Of a DNA stretch of 51,847 nucleotides, positions 16,971 to 26,335 are shown in pieces (position 1 is the stretch's first letter; each line of letters begins with the position of its first letter). Origin of the DNA: a virus (taxonomy: Duplodnaviria > Caudoviricetes). The DNA lies in IMG/VR virus record IMGVR_UViG_3300024518_002447, positions 1 through 51,847 of that record. The stretch is one strand, 5' to 3'. The notes under the pieces were generated by a model that saw only the letters and a list, made by a program, of their open reading frames with translations, was not told the DNA's origin and did no database searches. The position numbers and the translations under genes are program-made.

Positions 16971-17106
16971 GTGCTGATCCCCCGATCAGTAAATCTGATA
17001 TCAGTTATAATTACCCGTAAATATCACATAGGCTGCGCGCGTTACCTCCTATTTGCTTTTTCTCAAGACTCGCCAGCATGATCCAATGTCCTATACTCGT
17101 TCATTT

Positions 17107-17208
17107 TCATAAAGTTCTAAGGACATAAACCAGATACATCCACCAAGCACCAGAGACAATCAAACTTCCTATCGCGAACCATAGAGCCCATATCAATGCC
17201 GTTTTCAT
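17107..17208 (-). CDS. 33-aa single-TM peptide
   Basis: MKTALIWALWFAIGSLIVSGAWWMYLVYVLRTL; ATGA-coupled. Confidence 0.5.
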   Translation of the reverse strand: MKTALIWALWFAIGSLIVSGAWWMYLVYVLRTL

Positions 17209-17294
17209 AGGCACATTCCTGCCAATGAAACAACAAAACACAATAGCAATGGAATCAGGACAATTATGTACGGAACCCAGTCTGTGTTTTTCAT
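17205..17294 (-). CDS. 29-aa single-TM peptide
   Basis: MKNTDWVPYIIVLIPLLLCFVVSLAGMCL; ATGA-coupled to the S74 gene. Confidence 0.5.
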   Translation of the reverse strand: MKNTDWVPYIIVLIPLLLCFVVSLAGMCL

Positions 17295-18097
17295 TGTGCC
17301 TCCAGTATCTTTGTCCGCTTTTCTATCTCTGCCACCTTTGCCAACAGCAATCCGATAGAGGCGGCATGATCCAAAACATTACGGCCTTGCAAATCCTTTG
17401 CCTTGATCTCGGCGGGAACACTCGGATCATCTATATCAATCCCATAGCGTGGCGTAGTTGAGTCAATTCCATCTCTTGGTTTCCAATTAAATCGGATTGT
17501 TTTCATTAGGCTCATATCCGGAGCCTTCGGATTTTCTTCAAGAACATTTTTGAGTTCCCTGCGGCTGCCGCTGGTTACCGCACCACCAGCGTGGATATTG
17601 TCTTCAACTGTAAGTCCATCTACCTGCGGTGTCGTACTCGACCCTATATAAACGTTTGATGCGGTGACACCCATTACGGTAGAGCCTACATCGTTGTCTT
17701 CGTACCAAAGGCCTAGGATGTTTGTTAAGTTATTCCACCACCAACCGCCACGATTCTTCACATCCTCGCCAAGGTATTGCTCGGTGATTCCACCACTGTT
17801 CGCCAAAAATGTTCCGATCCCAGTAAATGTTATCCCTGGATCGGTCCCAATGATCAGACTGTCGGGTGTATGCATATGGTTTGCGCTTGCCCGCTGAATC
17901 AAGAGGTCTGCACCAATGGTGAAGGATGTCGTTGCGTTTACCGTTCCTCCGGAGCCTATGTTTCCAGGTGTCAACAATTGCTTTGAGGCGGTCAGGTAAC
18001 CGGTAACTTCCGTATTACTTGGAAGTATCTGCTGTGCCCATAAATTGGCCGTGCTGAGCGCAAGGATAATCAATAGATATCTGGTCAATCGGTTCAT
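17291..18097 (-). CDS. Short fibre protein with C-terminal S74 intramolecular chaperone and N-terminal signal peptide
   Basis: SRRELK...IRFNWK...RYGI...LDHAASIGLLLAKVAEIEKR.KILE (S74 pattern); N-terminus MNRLTRYLLIILALSTANLWA|QQ. Confidence 0.75.
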   Translation of the reverse strand: MNRLTRYLLIILALSTANLWAQQILPSNTEVTGYLTASKQLLTPGNIGSGGTVNATTSFTIGADLLIQRASANHMHTPDSLIIGTDPGITFTGIGTFLANSGGITEQYLGEDVKNRGGWWWNNLTNILGLWYEDNDVGSTVMGVTASNVYIGSSTTPQVDGLTVEDNIHAGGAVTSGSRRELKNVLEENPKAPDMSLMKTIRFNWKPRDGIDSTTPRYGIDIDDPSVPAEIKAKDLQGRNVLDHAASIGLLLAKVAEIEKRTKILEAQ

Positions 18098-18471
18098 CGT
18101 CTGTTCTCCATTGGTTTAAGGATTGCGGTTTTCAGTTCTTCCAGGTACTCGAAAATGGTTTCTGTTTCTTTAGTCAAGAGAACTCTATCGAATGCGATTA
18201 CCAACCGCCTCAAGAAGATTTGGTATTCAAGGTTCTCGATTTCAACCACATTGAGTTTTTGCCGGAGCCGTAACGCTTCGGCTTGAGCGGTTTGCAGTTC
18301 TATTTGAATGCTTTCTGCTTGGGTTTTCAATGCATGGTTTTCAAGCAGAACCTCATCCATTGTTATGGCTACGGGGTTGGTGGCGTAATAGATATCGGGA
18401 ATCGCGCTCAATTCCTGCGATTGCACAAATACCGCTGTGAGCATAAATAGAATTGTGAGTAATGCTTTCAT
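18094..18471 (-). CDS. Signal-peptide coiled-coil protein
   Basis: MKALLTILFMLTAVFVQS|QE followed by a heptad region. Confidence 0.65.
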   Translation of the reverse strand: MKALLTILFMLTAVFVQSQELSAIPDIYYATNPVAITMDEVLLENHALKTQAESIQIELQTAQAEALRLRQKLNVVEIENLEYQIFLRRLVIAFDRVLLTKETETIFEYLEELKTAILKPMENRR

Positions 18472-18779
18472 TTAATTGCTTCCCCTTCATGGCTATGATG
18501 TTCTTCTAATAGTTTTTTGCATAACATTAAACCTCGTTCAAGAACAAGTTCCGTGCGTTCCGCCTGAGTATAGTCTTCCCAAATCAATAACATGTTATCC
18601 ATCATCATGCCGTCCAGCATTAAAAAACGAACGTCAATGATATTGTTCCTCAACATGTATTGGATCAGGACTTCATACTCCTGCCATTGAATAATACATG
18701 ACTGGATTGGTGTTAGTTCTAATTGATCAGATTGCATAGGTATGATGAATAGTAGTGCTATCAGAATCGCTTTTTTCAT
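18468..18779 (-). CDS. Signal-peptide hypothetical protein
   Basis: Likely start MKKAILIALLFIIPMQS after AAGGAG. Confidence 0.6.
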   Translation of the reverse strand: MKKAILIALLFIIPMQSDQLELTPIQSCIIQWQEYEVLIQYMLRNNIIDVRFLMLDGMMMDNMLLIWEDYTQAERTELVLERGLMLCKKLLEEHHSHEGEAIK

Positions 18780-18850
18780 GGCTTTATCTCCTTTTCTACT
18801 ATTCATTATACCAATAATACCGATATTATTTCGTTGCCTCTCCTTAGTTT

Positions 18851-21800
18851 CTAGTAACTCAAATAATGTGTTCCTGTTGCATCTTCAATAACAATTCGAT
18901 TGTTTGCTGAATCAATCCAGGTTTTCCCTGTTGTATCTGGATTGCTATCTCCGGTTGAATCCTCTGGTAGCCAAATATCGCTAGAGAAGGTAGCGCTTCC
19001 AATTACAGCGATAGAGGATGTCACACTAATAAGATTAGAACTCACAGTGGATAGATTAGATATTCCGGCATTATTAAGACTTCCAACTAATCCTATTGTT
19101 ACCGCGGTTGCATCTATTTTAAATAAATCAAACGTATTTATGTTCCAAGTCCACTCCACAAGATCGAAGGATCGAGAACTCCAACTATCTGGATCTCCTA
19201 AATAGTTCCAGTACTCAACAATCGTGCCCCCTCTTCCGGATATCCCCGTTGTATCTCGTTCAAAAATGATTAAATCCGGATCAATTAAATCCTGGCCATT
19301 CATATCAATTCCGGTAGTTGAAAGTATCTCATCGTTTGCGACTACATTATCCAAATCCTGGCTTTCGCTCGTCAGGTAGGTATCAACCAACATGCCAGCG
19401 GTGATAGAACTTGGTTTTACAGCGGCCGTTATCGAAGGGACGCCATCATTGTAGGTAAAATCAATGGTTCCGGAATCGGTAAGGATGCCGCCTACCGCAT
19501 CCTGTGCATTCTCGTTCGTGTAACCGCCCACGCCACCGCTCGCTTGCCCGGTCGTTTTCCATATGCTTTCGCTGGCCTCCCAGTACGGTATGTTCCCGTC
19601 CACCTTGCCCGCCATGTCGAAATTATCCAGATCATCCATTGTCAGAGTAACGTCAAATAGGATGTTTTTGCTTTCCTGAATAGTGAGCGATATCTTGGTA
19701 GAGGAAGGTATTAGGCCATACGCTCCGCCCGCCGTCGCTTCCTGTAGGTCTACATCACTTACATTCAGCATTGGATAATCAATATTCGGGATATCGGAGC
19801 CGTCTAGAAACAATTCTTGGATACGAATAGAGACGTAATCCTCCGTTGCATCAATTATCAATTTATTAGAATCCCGTGAAAACAGTTTCCTGAATTCTGC
19901 ATTCACACCGTCCAGTTGACTGAATACTCCAGCCCCGCTGGTTCCCACGTTTTCAAACGTTTCCGGGTAGCCCACGGCTCCATGATTACCCCATGAATAC
20001 GCGGTATTCCAATCAGATGAATTATCCGTCGTTGTCGTGTACGTGCCCGCGCCGGTTCGTTTCAAGAGGCCATTGGTGGAGAACACGCCGTCCAGTTCGG
20101 TACCGGATACAGTATCATCCGCACTTGTTGTGTATCCAATCGATCCATGATTGCCCCATGTGTAGGCAAGGTATCCAAGCGCTATCAACGGCTCCCCATC
20201 GGTTGCACTGAACGTATTTGAAGCGGTTTTCCTTAACAGCCCCGTAGAACCAAAAAGGCCATCAAGTTCTGTACCGGATACGGTATCATCGGACGAAGTG
20301 GTATAGCCTACATCGCCGTGGTTGCCCCAGGATTGAGACAAGATTCCAAGCGACACGTTAGCCGCCAATGATGCCGAAATGTCTGTGATGGCCACGGAAT
20401 GCGGATTCCCGGTGGTCGTGGCTCTATGTGCGGTGTTGGCTGCCACGTTAGCCGATAAAGTGGCGGATACCTCATCAATATCAAGGCTTCGCAATTGAGA
20501 ACCATCGCCGGTGAAGTAAGCCGATACAGAAGAGACGTTCACAATCGCAGTTGAGCCTGAAAACGTTCCCGATAGTTCATCCGTTCCGAATTTCGGTACA
20601 TAGAAATCCGCCAGATAATCCTCATTGATTGCCGTGGACACATCTTTCAGCATCAATATGTATTCGTTCGAAGTGAAGTTCTCACCTTTCTTCAAGATTG
20701 TTTTGTTGCGTTCGCTGTATCCGGTTTCAATAAATACCTTCCGGTTCGATCCGGAATTTTCCCACACCTGGGATATCCACGTGGAACCATATTCGTGTGT
20801 CAGGTAAAGCGTATCGGTTGCGCTTCCTCCTGCAACCTCGGTTGAATCCGGAATTGCATAACAAACGATGTATTCGCTGGATGATGGAATTTCTTCACCA
20901 AAGTCTAATTGATGCTGCGTTGCGTTCACGACTGATATTACAGGGTATGACTCCTTGTATGGACTTCCATTTTGGTATACCCATAACATTAAATCCTGCT
21001 GAAGCGTTTCGGAATGAGTGACCAGAATGATTGAATCCGAAGCGTTGCCGATGGGTATAACATTCGTTGCCTCTGCCATGTTCGCCGTGAAATAGTTGCC
21101 GGTGAACGGTTCGCCAAAGGTGAAATTCACCTGGTTAATCGTATCCTGGTAGTTTTCAGTTACCGCCTTGCGTTTCTGCCCGGTGGTTTCGTGCAGATCG
21201 TATACCACGCGCCTTGTAGCCAGGTTGTGAGCCACATCTACCGAAGCGGAACCGCCAACCAAGAATGTATAATTGTTCGCCGTTGCCGTGCCTGTATCGG
21301 CGTTTTCAAGCGTGGTTACTCTGGAATCCAGATCGGAGATATCAATCACGTTCTGAAGTATCAACGCTACGTTATTATCTATCTGTGATTGCAAGGAAGC
21401 GGTATCAATCTGCTGTGTCGGCAGTCCAATCACAATGGCACCAGAGCCGAATACAATTTCACCATTCAAATAGGTCTGAACATTGAGCGTCGAACTTGAC
21501 GATTTTAGCGAACCATTTGAAACGATATTCCCCGCTGTCATGGTCCCTGATATCGTTAAATCGGCAATCGAATTCAACCGGCTCGTGATTCGGTTCTCGA
21601 TAAATGTTGGCAGTAAATCGCCTGTAGCGTCCTTGATTAAATCGAAATGGTTTATGATCCAATCGGATGCATTGGATACGTATTCAATGATCGTGGTAGA
21701 CGAAGCGGAATCAGTCAGGCCATCCCATGATATCGAATTGGCCGTATTGATTATGAAATTGGTCAACAGATCGCTATCCGTGGAATCCATAATGATATCG

Positions 21801-24800
21801 TTCGCGTAGATGGTGATTGATTCCCCGGCATCGTTCGTAAGTGCTGGCGAGAACGCAAATCCGTTGCCCCCGGCATCGTCGTTCAGGAAGGTCACCTTGC
21901 CCGTTGCAGAATCGTAATAGATTTTCCCCCCGGTTGTATCGGTAGCCGATTTTGTCAACTGTAAGGCGTTCGTAGCGTCCAGTGCTGCCACGATCCTAAC
22001 CGGTGAATTTGTAACCTCGAAATGCTGGTCTATTCGAGTCGTTCCGCTTTCCACATTGAGCCCGGAGGCGATCTGCACCTGCTCGTTGAGCGAATCAAGT
22101 TTGATCGGTATATCAGTAGTCGATTGAATAACCGCATAGTAATTCCCCCCTACGGTTTGCACGAATATCTTGACCTGGAAGGTTGACGGGTCTCCGATCA
22201 GTGCCGGTGTGTCTGGCGTTGCGCCCCGAACATCCAACCCGAAGAATTGGCCGGTCCGAGACGAAATAGTTTTCCCTGTGGCCGTAATATCGTTTTCAGA
22301 TATGATTCCGGCCTTTGCTCGTATTCGCCCATCGAACTTGTTTTCCGTTGAAAGCCCACCCCCGCCCGGTGGAGTGTTCGTCGATGTTGGTGTAGGCGTT
22401 GGCGTTCCGCCTGTCGGTGTCGCGGTTGGTGTATTTGTTTCAGTTGGCGTATTTGTATTTGTAGGCGTAGGTGTAGGCGTAGATGTCGGAGTTCCAAATA
22501 TATACGCTCCGACTGTCCCGCCGCTATCCAGCCGATCGTATCCATCTAAGTCATATGGAAGCACACCAAGCCCTGCACGGATGATCCCCAGTATATCGGT
22601 TGTACTCGCCGCAATGTGGTAATCATTTGCCGATTGGTTGATGTATCCCGGCGCCGCATTATCCCCTATCGTATCCAATCCAGCATATTCCCCCGGAACA
22701 ACGGAATCTTCATAACTATTGCCCCTGAAACCAACAGCGTAACCGACAGGCCATGCTCCGATTCTGAGCGCACTTTCAGGGGCAAAGGTATCATCCTTAT
22801 TATTCCACTGTGCAAATACGTTGTACTTCTGAGAAAAGTTCAGCCGGTAAGGTGCAATGACACCATTATCATTGTATCCTATATTGAGCCTTTGCTCGCC
22901 AAATGTGTTGTTCCATAGAATTACATGGTTTACTGAAGCCGTTGAATTATCCGCGGCTATTGCAGCAACAGGCTCAGCCCCGCTGGTGTTGTCCAACACA
23001 TTTTGAATAATTGCGATTCCATGTGTCGTGCTGGTGATTACATTTGTCTCTATGATATCAGCACTAAGGTCTACCAACTTATTGTATGCTAGAATGATAT
23101 TGTCACTGATCGCAACATCTACTGGAATGTCAGTATCACTCTGGTAGTTCGGCTCAAACAGCCCTTCATTGCCAAGCACGGTATACCAATTTACAGTCAA
23201 TTCTGTACTCGCACTTGTTATGTTTCCACGAACCAGCCTAAATGGGCTACGCTCAGTTGAGAAGTTACCGAATGACGAGAAATCACTGACGTTATTGATT
23301 GTTCCATAGCACAGCCGCCACTGGTATAAACTGGCACTACTTTGACTATCTAAAAAGTTATTATGTAACCAAAGCATTGAACTTGTCTTGTGTCCGTTCA
23401 ACTGACTGGAAGGATGGGTAATATTGATTCCCTCGATCTTCAGGTATGTGTTCGTAATCGCGGTTGCGCTGCCTGTAGCAAGGTTGATTGTTCCCGCCCC
23501 CGTTGCAGGTTGAATCACAAGCCATGCGGTTGCATTCGCACCATTGTAATCAGCACCGTCTGGAAACGAATAGTCTCCAGTCGCAAGGTAAATCTGCCCG
23601 CCGTCAACCGTATTTCGAGTATAGGTAGTGTTATTGAATGCCTTCAATCCTGAAACCGCTGCGGAGATAGTCAGGTATGGGCTTACACTGATGGCTGTAT
23701 AACTCGTGCCCGCTTCCCCGGTTCCATCATTTCCATTCGTTGCATCGACCAGGGCATGAGTAATTCCATAAGAACCACTTCTATCATTCAAGTATAATTG
23801 CGGCCCAAGTCTCTCATCCGGTTGTGTGAATCCATCCTTCCCAACTTCCGAATTCAGTATACTGTTTTCGTCGCCTACCCAAGGGAAAGCAGCAAAGTTC
23901 AAGTCGATTTCTTCCTGGTCTACTAGAGCACTCGTGGCAATCGGGATGGTACTAGCATACACCTGAACCGCATTTGGCTCCCCACGAGCACTGATACTCA
24001 TTTCATCGATAATGGCTTGCAGTCCATTACCGCTCTGGTCTGTTGCAGACACGATCACACCCGCGACAGGCTTCTGGTTAATTCCAAACCGTTGGAATGC
24101 CACTACCTCGGCCGTAAAGTCTCCTGGTACAATTTCATAGCCCGGCCATGCCCAATTACCAATCACCTTCGGATAGTCCAAGGTAGCGCTATTCACCACA
24201 GTAGAATTCACGGTCTCGGTTCCAACCGTCGCACCGTCTATAACCCAATTTGTGGCTGTCCAAATCGTGGGCGCAAAACCACTCTTCCCCACTCCAGTAT
24301 TATCATCCTCATAAATGAAATCGCTCAATGCGATAGTAACCTGAAGAACGTTTCCACTTGCACTCTCGTCGAGATCGGCATCATTCGGGTAGGCTTTCCG
24401 CAATACCCTTGTACCCCAAACTTGGCGGGTAGTCGTGCCGAGAACCATATCGTTCCCGCTACGGCTATATCCCTCACTGGTCACGGTAAGAATAAAAGAT
24501 GCGCTTTCCGGTTCACTTGTAGCTGCAATCAAACCACTGTATGTCATACCCGGCGTTCCACCAAGAATATCCACGACTGCATACCAATTGAACACAGTCA
24601 CACTAGTAATTTGTGCTTGACCAGTTGCTGGTGTTGGTGTGTTTGTTGGTGTTGAAGTTTCCGTAGGCGTGGCAGTTGAAGTTGAAGTAGATGTAGGTGT
24701 AGATGTAGGTGTAGATGTAGGTGTTGGTGTATTGGTTGCAGTAGGTGTGTTGGTTGCAGTAGGTGTTGGAGTCGGTGCTCCCCCATCCGGATCATTTGCC

Positions 24801-26335
24801 CCAATCGAATGCGGGGCACTTCGAGCCACACCAAATATATCCACCGTAACTGTCTGAATAACCCCAGCCGGGAATGGAAGCGTACTAGGATCGACCCCAC
24901 TATCTGTATGAGAGTCTCCGCTGGTGATCGTGAAGTGAGTACTTGAACTCACGAATGTGAAGGTCTGATTAGAACCACCATTTGTACCGTAATAATCATC
25001 AGCCTCATTTTGTTCTCCAAAGTTGTAATTATTCACACCGTCGTCATTTGTGTAGGTGCCAGTGATCGCATTAGAACCAACTAGAATATTGTTCTGATTG
25101 TACGATTCACTCGCACTTATGAGCCGAATAGCAGCAAGAGAACCAGTCGGGCCGATAAACACATTATTATAGGAATATGATGTAACCGACGCACTGCTCT
25201 CAAGTTTGGCTACGGAGAATCCATCCGTAGCCCCCACTATGATATTGTTCACCATCACGACCGTGTGCGCCGTGTCCATCACGATCCCCTTTGGATCGCT
25301 TGTATTGTCATATGCATGAATCAGATTCCCCCTCAGATCTAACACACCACCTGTCGCTCCTGCACCAAGCCAGACCGGATTCGCACCTCCATTTCTGATA
25401 TGCTGATTCCAGCACCAGACAAACGCCTCATTGCTGAACATCTGCCCCTGCATCCAGGCATGGCTAAAATCGCTTGTGCCACCAAGAGCATCTGTCAACG
25501 CCCCATCATGCTGATTTGCAGTTAGGCTATCCAACCAGACGTAATCATCAATAGTCGTCGTCCAACCATTTATTAAGATCCCGCCCAGATCACCATTACT
25601 GATGGCCGTTCCACGAGCAAAACCTGTACCAGTGAGATCCGATTGCTGCGCGTCTTCCCACAACTGCCATGTGGCGTAATCTGCCGCGGTTCCTATAGTC
25701 CATTGTCCCGCGGTTCCATGCTTCTTTGTGCTCAGGGTGGTCTTATTTAGGTTAATTACTTCGGTAGTGTCTATAATGCGAATGGATGAAAGCAATCTGT
25801 CTATCACACCCTGTGAATCCAGTTCAATCAAGAAAGACTCTGTGTCTTTGCTATTATATGGCAGCAATTCCAATGCGGTTTTCTGTCCAGAGTCCAGCAG
25901 TGAATCCATATCAAACCTGTACTTCCGTTGAAACGCATTGCCTTCTTTATCTGTGTATCCTTGTATCCATTCGTCCTTGAAATCATCCAGCCTCACCTTA
26001 ATCCAGGTAAAATGACTCAGATCACCGGCCATCCTACCCATGTCCTTGGGGCTCCAGGATTGCGCCTCTTTATCTGAGATCCACTTTACCCCACCATCCC
26101 CGATCATTCCGCGGAAGTTCCCAGCCGTTCGTACTTCTTCCCAATCCGACACACTCCAATCCTTTTCAACCTTGTTCGTATGTAATGCATCTTGGTTACT
26201 CAGCGCGAACACATACCACCCAGATAAAGTTGGTGGCGTAGGAGTAGGTGTAGATAATTGCCCATAAGCAGGTTCAAGCCTGTAAGCAGAGATTACACCC
26301 AGTGTAATATATAGGAGTAAAAAAAATCTCTTCAT
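18851..26335 (-). CDS. Giant 2494-aa adhesin/fibre protein: signal peptide, two beta-helix-like modules, Pro/Thr linkers, C-terminal fibre repeats
   Basis: ATG at 26335 overlaps the upstream TGA. MKRFFLLLYITLGVISA...AYG|Q; NNIIVG/NNVFIG/NNILVG coils; DIFGVAR..HSIGA and DLDGYDR..TVGAY module ends; H..TTGNPH; WGNHG..GY x3; AQDAVG.ILTDS.TIDFTYND. Confidence 0.85.
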   Translation of the reverse strand: MKRFFLLLYITLGVISAYRLEPAYGQLSTPTPTPPTLSGWYVFALSNQDALHTNKVEKDWSVSDWEEVRTAGNFRGMIGDGGVKWISDKEAQSWSPKDMGRMAGDLSHFTWIKVRLDDFKDEWIQGYTDKEGNAFQRKYRFDMDSLLDSGQKTALELLPYNSKDTESFLIELDSQGVIDRLLSSIRIIDTTEVINLNKTTLSTKKHGTAGQWTIGTAADYATWQLWEDAQQSDLTGTGFARGTAISNGDLGGILINGWTTTIDDYVWLDSLTANQHDGALTDALGGTSDFSHAWMQGQMFSNEAFVWCWNQHIRNGGANPVWLGAGATGGVLDLRGNLIHAYDNTSDPKGIVMDTAHTVVMVNNIIVGATDGFSVAKLESSASVTSYSYNNVFIGPTGSLAAIRLISASESYNQNNILVGSNAITGTYTNDDGVNNYNFGEQNEADDYYGTNGGSNQTFTFVSSSTHFTITSGDSHTDSGVDPSTLPFPAGVIQTVTVDIFGVARSAPHSIGANDPDGGAPTPTPTATNTPTATNTPTPTSTPTSTPTSTSTSTATPTETSTPTNTPTPATGQAQITSVTVFNWYAVVDILGGTPGMTYSGLIAATSEPESASFILTVTSEGYSRSGNDMVLGTTTRQVWGTRVLRKAYPNDADLDESASGNVLQVTIALSDFIYEDDNTGVGKSGFAPTIWTATNWVIDGATVGTETVNSTVVNSATLDYPKVIGNWAWPGYEIVPGDFTAEVVAFQRFGINQKPVAGVIVSATDQSGNGLQAIIDEMSISARGEPNAVQVYASTIPIATSALVDQEEIDLNFAAFPWVGDENSILNSEVGKDGFTQPDERLGPQLYLNDRSGSYGITHALVDATNGNDGTGEAGTSYTAISVSPYLTISAAVSGLKAFNNTTYTRNTVDGGQIYLATGDYSFPDGADYNGANATAWLVIQPATGAGTINLATGSATAITNTYLKIEGINITHPSSQLNGHKTSSMLWLHNNFLDSQSSASLYQWRLCYGTINNVSDFSSFGNFSTERSPFRLVRGNITSASTELTVNWYTVLGNEGLFEPNYQSDTDIPVDVAISDNIILAYNKLVDLSADIIETNVITSTTHGIAIIQNVLDNTSGAEPVAAIAADNSTASVNHVILWNNTFGEQRLNIGYNDNGVIAPYRLNFSQKYNVFAQWNNKDDTFAPESALRIGAWPVGYAVGFRGNSYEDSVVPGEYAGLDTIGDNAAPGYINQSANDYHIAASTTDILGIIRAGLGVLPYDLDGYDRLDSGGTVGAYIFGTPTSTPTPTPTNTNTPTETNTPTATPTGGTPTPTPTSTNTPPGGGGLSTENKFDGRIRAKAGIISENDITATGKTISSRTGQFFGLDVRGATPDTPALIGDPSTFQVKIFVQTVGGNYYAVIQSTTDIPIKLDSLNEQVQIASGLNVESGTTRIDQHFEVTNSPVRIVAALDATNALQLTKSATDTTGGKIYYDSATGKVTFLNDDAGGNGFAFSPALTNDAGESITIYANDIIMDSTDSDLLTNFIINTANSISWDGLTDSASSTTIIEYVSNASDWIINHFDLIKDATGDLLPTFIENRITSRLNSIADLTISGTMTAGNIVSNGSLKSSSSTLNVQTYLNGEIVFGSGAIVIGLPTQQIDTASLQSQIDNNVALILQNVIDISDLDSRVTTLENADTGTATANNYTFLVGGSASVDVAHNLATRRVVYDLHETTGQKRKAVTENYQDTINQVNFTFGEPFTGNYFTANMAEATNVIPIGNASDSIILVTHSETLQQDLMLWVYQNGSPYKESYPVISVVNATQHQLDFGEEIPSSSEYIVCYAIPDSTEVAGGSATDTLYLTHEYGSTWISQVWENSGSNRKVFIETGYSERNKTILKKGENFTSNEYILMLKDVSTAINEDYLADFYVPKFGTDELSGTFSGSTAIVNVSSVSAYFTGDGSQLRSLDIDEVSATLSANVAANTAHRATTTGNPHSVAITDISASLAANVSLGILSQSWGNHGDVGYTTSSDDTVSGTELDGLFGSTGLLRKTASNTFSATDGEPLIALGYLAYTWGNHGSIGYTTSADDTVSGTELDGVFSTNGLLKRTGAGTYTTTTDNSSDWNTAYSWGNHGAVGYPETFENVGTSGAGVFSQLDGVNAEFRKLFSRDSNKLIIDATEDYVSIRIQELFLDGSDIPNIDYPMLNVSDVDLQEATAGGAYGLIPSSTKISLTIQESKNILFDVTLTMDDLDNFDMAGKVDGNIPYWEASESIWKTTGQASGGVGGYTNENAQDAVGGILTDSGTIDFTYNDGVPSITAAVKPSSITAGMLVDTYLTSESQDLDNVVANDEILSTTGIDMNGQDLIDPDLIIFERDTTGISGRGGTIVEYWNYLGDPDSWSSRSFDLVEWTWNINTFDLFKIDATAVTIGLVGSLNNAGISNLSTVSSNLISVTSSIAVIGSATFSSDIWLPEDSTGDSNPDTTGKTWIDSANNRIVIEDATGTHYLSY
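19970..20335 (-). repeat. WGNHG..GYTTS.DDTVSGTELDG repeats in the fibre region
   Basis: Two ~57-aa units and a third WNTAYSWGNHGAVGY. Confidence 0.8.
22360..22492 (-). repeat. Pro/Thr low-complexity linker
   Basis: GTPTSTPTPTPTNTNTPTETNTPTATPTGGTPTPTPTSTNTPPGGGG. Confidence 0.9.
24625..24780 (-). repeat. Pro/Thr low-complexity linker
   Basis: APTPTPTATNTPTATNTPTPTSTPTSTPTSTSTSTATPTETSTPTNTPTPAT; GTAGATGTAGGT 12-mers. Confidence 0.9.
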
